Assembly: GCA_016219925.1 (NCBI GenBank)
Contig: JACRJU010000003.1
Span: 22,505 to 86,504 of the forward strand
Direction of reading: 5' to 3'
From: Candidatus Uhrbacteria bacterium
GTDB taxonomy: Bacteria; Patescibacteriota; Patescibacteriia; UBA9934; GWF2-40-263
DNA length: 64,000 nucleotides
Shown: piece after piece, positions 40,082-48,209 of the stretch
How the letters are laid out: the number at the start of each line of letters is the position of its first letter
Numbering within the stretch: position 1 is the stretch's first letter
Program-made: the position numbers and the translations under genes
Notes under the pieces: generated by a model
The model's input: only the letters and a program-made list of their open reading frames with translations
What the model was told of the DNA's origin: nothing
Databases searched by the model: none

Positions 40082-40351
40082 TTACTTTCCTAGGGAAATT
40101 TTATTGGCTTTTACTAAAGCGTGAACTAAGGCAAAAACATAAACAATCGCAAAACCGATCCAAAAAATAGACGATCGGATGGATTCAAAATTCATTGCTT
40201 GGGAATTTTCGGCAAACAGCGCAAACCACAAAAATCCGGCGCCCAAAATGAATACGATCCCATCGGAATAATCACGCAAATATAAATGCCCCAGGCCGGG
40301 AAATAATAATGAGAGTAAACAAACAATATACTTATTTTTTGTATTTTCCAT
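40082..40351 (-). CDS. Small two-TM membrane protein
   Basis: 89 aa; LSLLFPGLGHLYL and a second hydrophobic helix. Confidence 0.4.
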   Translation of the reverse strand: MENTKNKYIVCLLSLLFPGLGHLYLRDYSDGIVFILGAGFLWFALFAENSQAMNFESIRSSIFWIGFAIVYVFALVHALVKANKISLGK

Positions 40352-40359
40352 ATTTTTTG

Positions 40360-41433
40360 TTAGAGTTCGGCTTTTGATAATTGTTTTTCAAACATTACTA
40401 CATCGCTACATTCATTACGATTCTTTTGCGCTCGTCCAGGATAAGCAAGTAATTTGTCGCCGTAACGAATAATCGATGCGTCATTTCCCGGAAACCTCGG
40501 GAAGTTGATAATCTGGAAATTCAAACCGTCTTGAGAAATCGCTTCATAAGTTCCGCCCCAAACCAGCCGCTTCCAAGGAGTCAAATCTTCCCAAGGTGAA
40601 AATCCGGCGAAAAAGAACATATGGTAGCCGTCGCTAAGTTTTAGAACTGACGGATTACTGGCGCGCTGCATTTCGTCCAAGGGTGGCTGGCCAACGTCTA
40701 TTCTTACTCCCGGATCCAACCGCCAATTATTTACTCCGTCTTCCGAAAAAATGCTCCGCTCCCTCGATAACGGCCAAGCATTAGAACCGTATTTCCCCGG
40801 ATCCGCCCGCATTCCGCTCTCGTCAAAATAAATCCGGTAGCCGCCGTCTACTTGCGCCACATTCAAATGGGCAAAGTCCTTAATATCTTCCACTCGTCCC
40901 TCGTCCGGCACCGTATAATACTCCCGTAACTTTTCCATTTCATCCGGCCGCGGTGCGCCCGCTCCCATTTCAAACCGATAACCGCTTTCTTCCTCGAATT
41001 TCCTGCCATCACTGGAAACCGCACTCATAATCCCTTTTTCTTTCGTGCGGTTGCCATATTCTCCCAAAGTTCTGATAAAGTACATCCTAATCCTGCCATC
41101 TGCCAGCCGAACCGCAGTCGGCATACTGGCATTGGCAAGCAATAAACCTTCATCTTTCCAATTTTTGCCATCTTGGGAAGAAAAACCATACGTGTTGTTT
41201 TCTAACACAAGACTGTCTTTGGTCTGACCATGCGCATACATCATCAGCGATCCGTCAGCAAGCTCCACTACTTCGGGGTTGCCCATATTACACTCTCCGG
41301 TCGCCAGGACATAGCCCTGATATTTCCAATCCCGAGAAAAGAAGAACCGACCCCATGCTCTAATATAAAGTCCAATGCCTGCCAGCACTAGAATTACCAG
41401 AACCACTGCGCCGACAATAAATAATTTTTTCAT
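40360..41433 (-). CDS. Membrane-anchored beta-propeller-like protein (GH32/43/sialidase-like repeated S/DxDG...W motifs)
   Basis: 357 aa; N-terminal TM; repeated motifs DGRIRMYF, SDGRKFEEE, DGGYRIYFDESG, SEDGVNNWRLDPG, SDGYHMFFF, SQDGLNFQ suggest a 5-bladed beta-propeller hydrolase fold. Confidence 0.4.
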   Translation of the reverse strand: MKKLFIVGAVVLVILVLAGIGLYIRAWGRFFFSRDWKYQGYVLATGECNMGNPEVVELADGSLMMYAHGQTKDSLVLENNTYGFSSQDGKNWKDEGLLLANASMPTAVRLADGRIRMYFIRTLGEYGNRTKEKGIMSAVSSDGRKFEEESGYRFEMGAGAPRPDEMEKLREYYTVPDEGRVEDIKDFAHLNVAQVDGGYRIYFDESGMRADPGKYGSNAWPLSRERSIFSEDGVNNWRLDPGVRIDVGQPPLDEMQRASNPSVLKLSDGYHMFFFAGFSPWEDLTPWKRLVWGGTYEAISQDGLNFQIINFPRFPGNDASIIRYGDKLLAYPGRAQKNRNECSDVVMFEKQLSKAEL

Positions 41434-41437
41434 GGTT

Positions 41438-41648
41438 TTATTTTACCAAATCTTCCATTGGAACACCCAATGCTTTGGCGATCTTGGCGACCGTTTGTAC
41501 ACTTGGTTTGATAACCACATTACTCTCAATTTTCGTAAGAGTAGTATGCTTAACGCCGGATTTTCTCACTAAGTCGTCTTGGGTCAAGCCAAGTTTATTC
41601 CGTGCCTTTTTGATGTTTTCACCAAAAAATCCCGCTTTTGGCCTTCAT
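41438..41648 (-). pseudogene. XRE-family HTH transcriptional regulator interrupted by a +1 frameshift in a T6 homopolymer
   Basis: ATG at 41648 reads MKAKSGIFW* but, with one T removed from the T6 run (A6 at 41614-41619 on the + strand), continues as ...GENIKKARNKLGLTQDDLVRKSGVKHTTLTKIESNVVIKPSVQTVAKIAKALGVPMEDLVK, a textbook Cro/CI-type HTH. This may be a sequencing error or genuine slippage. Confidence 0.5.
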
Positions 41649-41679
41649 AAAGTTCGAGCCAACGACTTCATTTCCTAAC

Positions 41680-41773
41680 TGGCGGAGAGGGAGGGATTCG
41701 AACCCTCGCGCCGGGAAAACCCCGACCTACAGGTTTAGCAAACCCGCCCCTTCAGCCTCTTGGGTACCTCTCC
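41680..41773 (-). tRNA. tRNA-Ser (GCT), type II with long variable arm
   Basis: The reverse complement gives GGAGAGG acceptor/CCTCTCC, anticodon loop TTTGCTAAA (GCT), a long variable arm, T-arm GGTTCGAATCC, and CCA encoded. Confidence 0.85.
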
Positions 41774-41882
41774 GTGTATAGAACATCCAAAATTTGCGCC
41801 AATTCGATGGCATCGACTTTGCATCAAATTTCGGATGTCCTTATCTTTAATTTCAATGAACTTCTAGAAAGGTGATTCTCTG

Positions 41883-41970
41883 TGGCGGAGGGGGTGGGGC
41901 TCGAACCCACAAGCCCTTGCGGGCGCTAGTTTTCAAGACTAGTTCCTTAACCAATTCGGAGCACCCCTCC
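41883..41970 (-). tRNA. tRNA-Ser (TGA), type II
   Basis: The reverse complement gives GGAGGGG...CTAGT-CTTGAAA-ACTAG (anticodon TGA), a variable arm, GGTTCGAGCCC T-arm, and CCA encoded. Confidence 0.85.
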
Positions 41971-41974
41971 GTGT

Positions 41975-42463
41975 CTATTTACCATAGTGTTCCTCGGCAT
42001 GGCAATTAGGACAGATTAATTCCAGATTTTTAAGATCATTATGTTTTCGATCTCGATTTATGTGATGCACATTTAGAATTTTTTCGTTGTCGTAACCGCA
42101 TCTTTGACATTTTTTTCCTCGTTCATCCATGAGTCTCATTTTGAGTCCCTTTTGATAAATGACTTTATCTTTTGGACGATTCAGCTTGTAAAGGAGTCCT
42201 GTCCTTTGCTTATTAGCACAACGTCGGCTACAGGTTTTTTTGTTAGCTCCCGCCAGGATCGGTGTTCCACAGATAGTGCAAGGTTTTTCCTTTCTGCATG
42301 AAATTCCATAGCAGCGGGCACTGCAAAATGCGTTTCCTTGATTTTTGTGCAACTCGACAGGTCTTCTGTATATAGATTTATTACAGATGCGACAGACCGT
42401 ATTCGGATGACGTTGGTGTACAAGCATAAGGCTAGTATACCAGGAGATGCTGTTTTTTTTCAT
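41975..42463 (-). CDS. HNH endonuclease with multiple CxxC zinc ribbons
   Basis: 162 aa; four or more CxxC pairs and a C-terminal HNH motif NVHHINRDRKHNDLKNLELICPNCHAEEH; GGAGAGG RBS; directly adjacent to the two tRNA-Ser genes. Confidence 0.7.
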   Translation of the reverse strand: MKKNSISWYTSLMLVHQRHPNTVCRICNKSIYRRPVELHKNQGNAFCSARCYGISCRKEKPCTICGTPILAGANKKTCSRRCANKQRTGLLYKLNRPKDKVIYQKGLKMRLMDERGKKCQRCGYDNEKILNVHHINRDRKHNDLKNLELICPNCHAEEHYGK

Positions 42464-42583
42464 TCTTTCGCCACCTCTCCCTGGCTGGACGTGGCCAGAG
42501 TACGTGATTTGCCGATTATCCGCAAGGGTTGTTCATGCGGTTTGTCTTGTGACCTCTTGTCGGGGATGCTAAAATAAAGCGGT

Positions 42584-43096
42584 ATGGACGAAGACATCAT
42601 GGAACCGCCGGCAGAGGATATAGATATTGGGGATCCTTTGCTTGCGTGGGAAGTGGATGAATATCCCAAACACCAACGATCCAAAACGTGGTACGTTTTG
42701 GCTTGCCTCGTTGGCGTAGCTTTGATTGTGTACGCCATTGCCACAGCAAACTTTCTTTTTGCGGTGATCATTTTGATGATCGGTGTCATCATGCTCCTAT
42801 CGAGCTTCAAAGAGCCGGATCGTATTCCTGTTGTGATTACCAATACCGGCGTGCTCATTGACGACACTTATTATGATTACGATCACGTCCGAGATTTTTC
42901 CTTGATTTATGATCCTCCGCACTCGAAACTTCTTTACATCGATTTTCATTCTCGGCTTCAGCCAATTTTGCCGATTCCTCTTGAAGACACGGATCCGAAT
43001 GAAGTCCGTCGCGCGCTCTTGCCGTTTTGCGCTGAAAACCTCAAGCGCAATGAAGAACGATTGACAGATATTGCGCGTCGGATGTATAAACTCTAA
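42584..43096 (+). CDS. Hypothetical two-TM membrane protein with cytoplasmic C-terminal domain
   Basis: 170 aa; acidic N-terminus, two TM helices (VLACLVGVALIVYAIA / FLFAVIILMIGVIMLL). Confidence 0.4.
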   Translation: MDEDIMEPPAEDIDIGDPLLAWEVDEYPKHQRSKTWYVLACLVGVALIVYAIATANFLFAVIILMIGVIMLLSSFKEPDRIPVVITNTGVLIDDTYYDYDHVRDFSLIYDPPHSKLLYIDFHSRLQPILPIPLEDTDPNEVRRALLPFCAENLKRNEERLTDIARRMYKL

Positions 43097-43112
43097 CGAA
43101 ACATTATTTTTT

Positions 43113-43133
43113 GCGCTCGTAGCTCAGTTGGAT
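43113..43133 (+). repeat. Duplicated 5' half (acceptor plus D-arm) of tRNA-Arg followed by a GATCTGAT/ATCAGATC hairpin
   Basis: GCGCTCGTAGCTCAGTTGGAT matches the first 21 nt of the intact tRNA at 43202 (one mismatch). Confidence 0.6.
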
Positions 43134-43201
43134 CTGATAGAATCAGATCACATCGCCTTGCTCGGAAGTGAAATAATGTCCATTCTCGTTTGCTCATTCT
43201 T

Positions 43202-43278
43202 GCGCTCGTAGCTCAGCTGGATAGAGCGTCAGCTTGCGGAGCTGAAGGCCGCAGGTTCAAGTCCTGCCGGGCGCACCA
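43202..43278 (+). tRNA. tRNA-Arg (anticodon GCG)
   Basis: Cloverleaf: acceptor GCGCTCG/CGGGCGC, D-arm GCTC-AGCTGGATA-GAGC, anticodon stem TCAGC/GCTGA with loop TTGCGGA (GCG), T-arm GCAGG-TTCAAGT-CCTGC, CCA encoded. Flanked by a 16-19 bp inverted repeat (43170-43185 / 43288-43303). Confidence 0.8.
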
Positions 43279-43308
43279 CAAACAAGCGAATGGACATTAT
43301 TTCATTTC

Positions 43309-43474
43309 TCTCGCTTCGTCTCGTGATAGAGCGTCAGCTTGCGGAGCTGAAGGCCGCAGGTGTTGATCTGGCTTCGCCAGATCAGGGTCGACTGCGTCGC
43401 TCGGCAAGATGTTCATTTGTTGATGACATCTTGCTCTCGCTATCCTCGCCGACCAAGTCCTGCCGGGCGCACCA
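43309..43474 (+). pseudogene. tRNA-Arg-derived copy with degenerate 5' end and a 93-nt insertion in the T-loop
   Basis: GATAGAGCGTCAGCTTGCGGAGCTGAAGGCCGCAGG (identical to the intact tRNA from the D-arm to the T-stem), then a 93-nt insert with two hairpins (GATCTGGC-TTCG-GCCAGATC and GCAAGATGT...ACATCTTGC), then AAGTCCTGCCGGGCGCACCA. Confidence 0.55.
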
Positions 43475-43535
43475 CAAAAAACCCGCTGATGGCGGCGTTT
43501 TTGTTTTGGGCATCTTTTGTTAGGATATTGTTGTT

Positions 43536-45587
43536 ATGGCGTTTCATCTTGCATCTCCCATTGGAGATCTCCCCGGCATTGGATCAAAGGCACAGAGGGA
43601 TTTCAAAGCACTCGGCCTGAAAAGCCTGCGCGATCTGTTGTTTTACGTTCCTTTTCGGTATGACGATTATTCAACCACCCGACCGCTTGCACGTGTGCGG
43701 GCAGGAGAGCCTGTGACCGTCACGGGCACCATTACCTCGATCACTTCACACCCGTCAAAAAATAAAAAGATGACGCTTGTGGAAGCAATGCTCGAAGATG
43801 AAACCGGGACTCTTCCGATTGTCTGGTTCAATCAACCCTATTTGGTTCAAACGATTCGACCCGGCACAACCCTTTCGCTCGCGGGGACTGTGGACTTTCG
43901 TTACAAACGCGCCATGGTCAATCCCCTACATGAACCCGCTGGCACTCAGGTCCTGACGGGCCGCATCGTTCCGGTATACGGACTTTCCGGATCGCTCAAA
44001 ATGCACCGGGTGCGCACCGCAATGCGTAGCGCGCTCAGCGCGGCTCATGAGCTTGTTGATTGGCTTCCAAGCGAGATCAAAGAGGAAATGCCATTGCCGG
44101 ATTTGCAAACGGCCGTAAGATCCATCCACTTCCCTGAATCAAAAGAAGCTCTTGATCGGGCGATCGAGCGGTTTAAGTTTGACGAATTGTTTTTGCACCA
44201 ACTGATGTTTGCCTGTGTGCGTCGCGAACGCAAAGCTCACTCGGCTTTTGAAATTCCCTTAAATCGTTCAACGCTTCAAACGTTTGTCGCCTCTCTGCCG
44301 TTTTCGATTACACAAGCGCAGCGTCGCGCGGCTTGGGAGATCGTTCAAGATTTGACTAAACCTCATCCGATGAATCGGCTCTTGCAGGGGGATGTGGGAT
44401 CGGGAAAAACAGTTGTCTCGGCGATTGCGGCGAGCGGGGTTATCCGCGACAAGCATCTCGTCGTGTATTTAGCGCCGACAGAACTGCTTTGCGCACAGCA
44501 GTATCAGGCTTTTTGTCGATGGTTTCCTGAGGAAAAAATTGCGTTGTTTACGCGTTCTCAAAAGGTTCTTTCTGGGGAAGCGTTGGGTAAAGAAGACCTC
44601 ATCGAGCGTTTGAGGGCCGGAGAAGTTCGTGTGGTTATAGGAACTCATGCGTTGTTTGAGCAAACCGTCGAACTCCCCCAACTAGCTCTTGTGATCATTG
44701 ATGAGCAACAACGTTTTGGAGTGGCCCAGCGCCACGCCCTTTTGGAAAAGATCCGTTCGGTTTCACCGCATCTGCTGTCCATGACCGCCACGCCTATCCC
44801 GCGTTCACTTGCCCTGACGATTTATGGTGATCTGGATGTTTCCCTTATTGATGAGATGCCTGTGGGTCGAAGACCCGTTGGCACCGCGGTCGTTCCTCAT
44901 GAACACCATGAGGCGATGTGGACGCATGTGAAGAGCCAAATCGAGCAAGGACATCAGGCCTATGTGGTGTGTCCGCTTATCGATCCTTCAGATGTTTTGG
45001 GAAGTAAATCGGTCACAGAAATGCGTGCACAATTGGGCAAAGGTTCATTGATGGGGGCGCGATTGGGCGTCCTGCACGGGAAATTAAAAAGTGAAGAGCG
45101 TTTAGAAGTCATTGAAGATTTTCGGGGAGGTCGTTTGGATGCGGTGATCTCAACAACGGTTGTCGAAGTGGGGGTGGATGTTCCTAATGCCACGGTCATG
45201 GTTATTACGGGGGCTGAACGGTTTGGTTTGGCCCAGCTTCATCAGTTGCGCGGCCGCGTGGGTCGGAGCGATCTGCCCTCATTTTGCTATCTCTTGCCGA
45301 ATCAAACGACCGCTCTCGCGTTGGAGCGGTTGCGGTGTTTGGAAAAGACCCATGATGGTTTTGCTCTTGCGCAAAAAGATTTGCAATTGCGCGGATCGGG
45401 CAATGTGTTTGGGAGCGCGCAATCAGGATTTCCAGATTTTAAACTCGCAACGGAAGCGGATATGGATCTCATGAAAAAAGCGCACGATATCTGCGCGCGG
45501 CTTTTACAAACCCAAACCGATTTTTTGGAGACCCCGCTCATCGCTGAACAACTTTCGGTTGCGTTCGAGGCCGTGCATTTGGAATAA
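43536..45587 (+). CDS. recG: ATP-dependent DNA helicase RecG
   Basis: 683 aa; wedge/OB N-terminal domain; helicase motifs GDVGSGKT (Walker A), DEQQRFGV (DExx), and RGRVGR arginine finger. Confidence 0.9.
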   Translation: MAFHLASPIGDLPGIGSKAQRDFKALGLKSLRDLLFYVPFRYDDYSTTRPLARVRAGEPVTVTGTITSITSHPSKNKKMTLVEAMLEDETGTLPIVWFNQPYLVQTIRPGTTLSLAGTVDFRYKRAMVNPLHEPAGTQVLTGRIVPVYGLSGSLKMHRVRTAMRSALSAAHELVDWLPSEIKEEMPLPDLQTAVRSIHFPESKEALDRAIERFKFDELFLHQLMFACVRRERKAHSAFEIPLNRSTLQTFVASLPFSITQAQRRAAWEIVQDLTKPHPMNRLLQGDVGSGKTVVSAIAASGVIRDKHLVVYLAPTELLCAQQYQAFCRWFPEEKIALFTRSQKVLSGEALGKEDLIERLRAGEVRVVIGTHALFEQTVELPQLALVIIDEQQRFGVAQRHALLEKIRSVSPHLLSMTATPIPRSLALTIYGDLDVSLIDEMPVGRRPVGTAVVPHEHHEAMWTHVKSQIEQGHQAYVVCPLIDPSDVLGSKSVTEMRAQLGKGSLMGARLGVLHGKLKSEERLEVIEDFRGGRLDAVISTTVVEVGVDVPNATVMVITGAERFGLAQLHQLRGRVGRSDLPSFCYLLPNQTTALALERLRCLEKTHDGFALAQKDLQLRGSGNVFGSAQSGFPDFKLATEADMDLMKKAHDICARLLQTQTDFLETPLIAEQLSVAFEAVHLE

Positions 45588-45589
45588 TG

Positions 45590-45640
45590 GTTCCTGTCAT
45601 CCTGAGGCGGTCGAATGACCGCCGAAGGATCTCGCGTTAC
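45590..45640. repeat. Solo copy of the GTCATCCTGAGG...CGAAGGATCTCGCG palindromic-repeat family, plus a GGCGGTC-GAAT-GACCGCC hairpin, between convergent recG and radA
   Basis: CCTGTCATCCTGAGGCGGTCGAATGACCGCCGAAGGATCTCGCG matches the left-arm consensus of the elements at 22.2-22.9 kb. Confidence 0.55.
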
Positions 45641-46911
45641 AGATCAGCAACCGTTTTATGTGTCTCTGGTCCGCAAACACCTTGGACGCCTAGCCGGTTG
45701 GCTTCCTGCGCTCGTTTTTCCATCATGGGTACACGGCGGATTTCACCGCCCAGTCCGACCTCGCCGAAAAATACGGTTGGTTTTTCGTACGTCTGGTTTT
45801 TGGCCGCGCTTACGATCGCGGCGCAAATAGACAAGTCGGCAGCTGGCTCGGAAAGTTTCATGCCGCCAATCACATTGACATAGACGTCCTGTTCGCCCAG
45901 CCGCAAGTTGGCGCGTTTCGATAAAATAGCAATGAGCATTTGCAGGCGATTTTGATCAAAGCCAGACGCACGTCTTACAGGAGTGGCGTAGGCGGATTTT
46001 TCGACGAGTGCCTGCACCTCGACGAGAAACACGCGCGATCCCTCGATCGTTGCGGCAATGACGGAACCGGGAACCGCGACGCGTTCCTCGAGAAATCGTG
46101 CAGAGGGGTTCACGACTGGCACAAGTCCGCCGGACGTCATCTCAAACACGCCGACTTCGTCGGTCGCCCCGAATCGATTTTTCGATGCGGACAACCATCG
46201 GAACGGATGGACGCGATCACCATCCAGATTGAGAACAACATCCACCATGTGCTCGAGCGTTTTGGGTCCGGCAATCGCTCCATCTTTCGTCACTTGGCCG
46301 ATGAGCATAATGGCGACCCCCGTGCGTTTGGCGAGCTCCATCAGCAGGGAAGTCGCATAGCGGACGAGCGTAGGACTTCCGGGACTTCCTTCGACCTGTT
46401 CGGAAAAAAGGGTCTGAACGGAATCGATAATCACGACGTCAGGTTGTTGTTTCTCGATCGTTTTGACGAGCGCTTCAATTGTTCCAGATTCCAAAAAATA
46501 AAGATGATCAAGTTTGGTGTTCAGACGGACAAATCGTGCTTTGAGTTGCCCCGCGGATTCTTCGCCAGAGATATAAAGCACGTTCAGCTCCTGTTGGATA
46601 AACCGTTTTGCCATGTCAGCAACAAGCGTTGACTTTCCAATCCCCGGTTCCCCCGACAATAAAACGAGAGATCCTTTCACGATCCCTCCTCCCATGACCC
46701 GATCCAGTTCCGGCTCTTTGGTTTCAAATCGTGCGTGTTCGTTTTGGCCGGTGATTTCGGATAGGGCAACAGGTTTGAGAGCGGTAGCCGTGGAAGGACG
46801 GCGCGTCGTCGGCGCGACTGTTTCTTCGATCAACGTTCCCCACGTCTGACATTCAAAACATTTCCCGGACCATTTTTGAAATTGCGCGTCGCAGTGCGTG
46901 CAGATAAACAT
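45637..46911 (-). CDS. radA: DNA repair protein RadA/Sms
   Basis: N-terminal C4 zinc finger (CTHCDAQF...CFEC), Walker A GEPGIGKST, KNRFG motif, and a C-terminal Lon-like domain. Start assigned to the ATG at 46909-46911 (MFICTHC). Confidence 0.9.
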   Translation of the reverse strand: MFICTHCDAQFQKWSGKCFECQTWGTLIEETVAPTTRRPSTATALKPVALSEITGQNEHARFETKEPELDRVMGGGIVKGSLVLLSGEPGIGKSTLVADMAKRFIQQELNVLYISGEESAGQLKARFVRLNTKLDHLYFLESGTIEALVKTIEKQQPDVVIIDSVQTLFSEQVEGSPGSPTLVRYATSLLMELAKRTGVAIMLIGQVTKDGAIAGPKTLEHMVDVVLNLDGDRVHPFRWLSASKNRFGATDEVGVFEMTSGGLVPVVNPSARFLEERVAVPGSVIAATIEGSRVFLVEVQALVEKSAYATPVRRASGFDQNRLQMLIAILSKRANLRLGEQDVYVNVIGGMKLSEPAADLSICAAIVSAAKNQTYEKPTVFFGEVGLGGEIRRVPMMEKRAQEANRLGVQGVCGPETHKTVADL

Positions 46912-46912
46912 A

Positions 46913-48202
46913 TCATTTCTTCTCAATCAAGTAGGCGCTGGGAATTTTTCCATTTTCAAATTCACTTTTTGGAATTTTGACGATCCCGTTCATGCGACCC
47001 ACGTCGTAAACTTCAAAAAAATCACCTGAAATGCCCGTAAGGACCATGTAATGTCCTTTGTAGGATTTATCACTTCCATCTGCAAGCTTCCCCGTGCACC
47101 CATGGCAGGAAAAGACGATCGGTTTTTTTTGTCCGAGAATTTTTGAAATAAGGCTTGTATTTTTTGGAGAAATGGATTTGCACCCTTGTCCTGGCCATGA
47201 TTTTGGGATTTCTTTACAGAGGATTCCGAGACTGGTTCCACTACTGCAAGAAAGATGGGCGCCAACTTTTGCCGCAACGTCTGCAACCGCCGGAGGAGTG
47301 ACATTTATTCCGTTATAAACCAAAACCGCTGCAACGGACGTTGGACCGCAGCCACTTTCGCACACATTGTCTTCGTGGATTTCTTTATTATGTTTATTTG
47401 GCCCGCAGGATACGGTTTTCCCATCTGGACCTTTATACGCATGTTTTTTCCATTTCGCATCGCATTGTTTAAATTTTGGCAAGGATCCCGGCGTGACCGA
47501 AACATCCGGATACGTTGTCGCTTCGTCCGTTTCATCGGTCACTTCATTATTTCCAACCCCTTCGATTCTCTCGACTTCCGTAATGACGACGGACTTCAGT
47601 CGCACAAGTTCAGGATTGACGATGAACAGAATAAGATAGGTTGAGAGGAGCAAGACAACGCCGACGACAGCATTTTTTATCTGTGTCTGGGCTTTTTTTA
47701 TGTCGCCTGATCCTGCGGCGAGAACATACCGAATGCCGGCAAACATGACCAAAGCGATCGCAATAAAAACCGAAATGTTTATAAGATATTTGTAAGTACT
47801 ATTGAGATAGTCTGCGAGAAAATTGATATGAAGATTACCGGAGATTTTTTTGACGGGAGAAAAAGTCAAACCTGGAATCTGTACACTGAGTTTTGGAGTG
47901 ACGATAGCGACTTTAGATTCTTTTGTCTTTGTCGTTACGGCCGTGGCATGAGCGATGGTACAAGAGACCTCGACGCTCGCGCCGCTGAAGGCAGTATCGG
48001 CATATTCGTGAGCCGTGAAGTCGTCCCCGTAGGTTTTTTTACACGTTGCTTCGCATTCCCCTTCAAGAGCGGAATCTTTCACGGTGACTGGCGTGCAATC
48101 GTCTTTTTCTCCGAAATAGCAAACACACACCGCGGCGGCGAAAACTGGTTTCGGCAGGAGATGGAGAAAAAGAAGGGTTAAGATGAAGACGATTTTTCGC
48201 AT
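46913..48202 (-). CDS. Membrane-anchored extracytoplasmic protein with N-terminal 6-Cys domain, TM hairpin and C-terminal C39-like (papain-fold) peptidase domain
   Basis: 429 aa; signal peptide; CxCYFGEKDDC...C...CxxxC...C domain; two TM helices; C-terminal CGPTSVAAVL (catalytic Cys) ... GHYMVLTGI (His), the Peptidase_C39_2 pattern. Confidence 0.6.
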   Translation of the reverse strand: MRKIVFILTLLFLHLLPKPVFAAAVCVCYFGEKDDCTPVTVKDSALEGECEATCKKTYGDDFTAHEYADTAFSGASVEVSCTIAHATAVTTKTKESKVAIVTPKLSVQIPGLTFSPVKKISGNLHINFLADYLNSTYKYLINISVFIAIALVMFAGIRYVLAAGSGDIKKAQTQIKNAVVGVVLLLSTYLILFIVNPELVRLKSVVITEVERIEGVGNNEVTDETDEATTYPDVSVTPGSLPKFKQCDAKWKKHAYKGPDGKTVSCGPNKHNKEIHEDNVCESGCGPTSVAAVLVYNGINVTPPAVADVAAKVGAHLSCSSGTSLGILCKEIPKSWPGQGCKSISPKNTSLISKILGQKKPIVFSCHGCTGKLADGSDKSYKGHYMVLTGISGDFFEVYDVGRMNGIVKIPKSEFENGKIPSAYLIEKK

Positions 48203-48209
48203 ACAGGAA

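Noticed and set aside
43290-43620. Two small + strand ORFs (77 and 86 aa)
   Set aside because: They lie inside the tRNA-derived duplication/insert region and upstream of recG; Arg/Ser-rich, no RBS; most likely non-coding.
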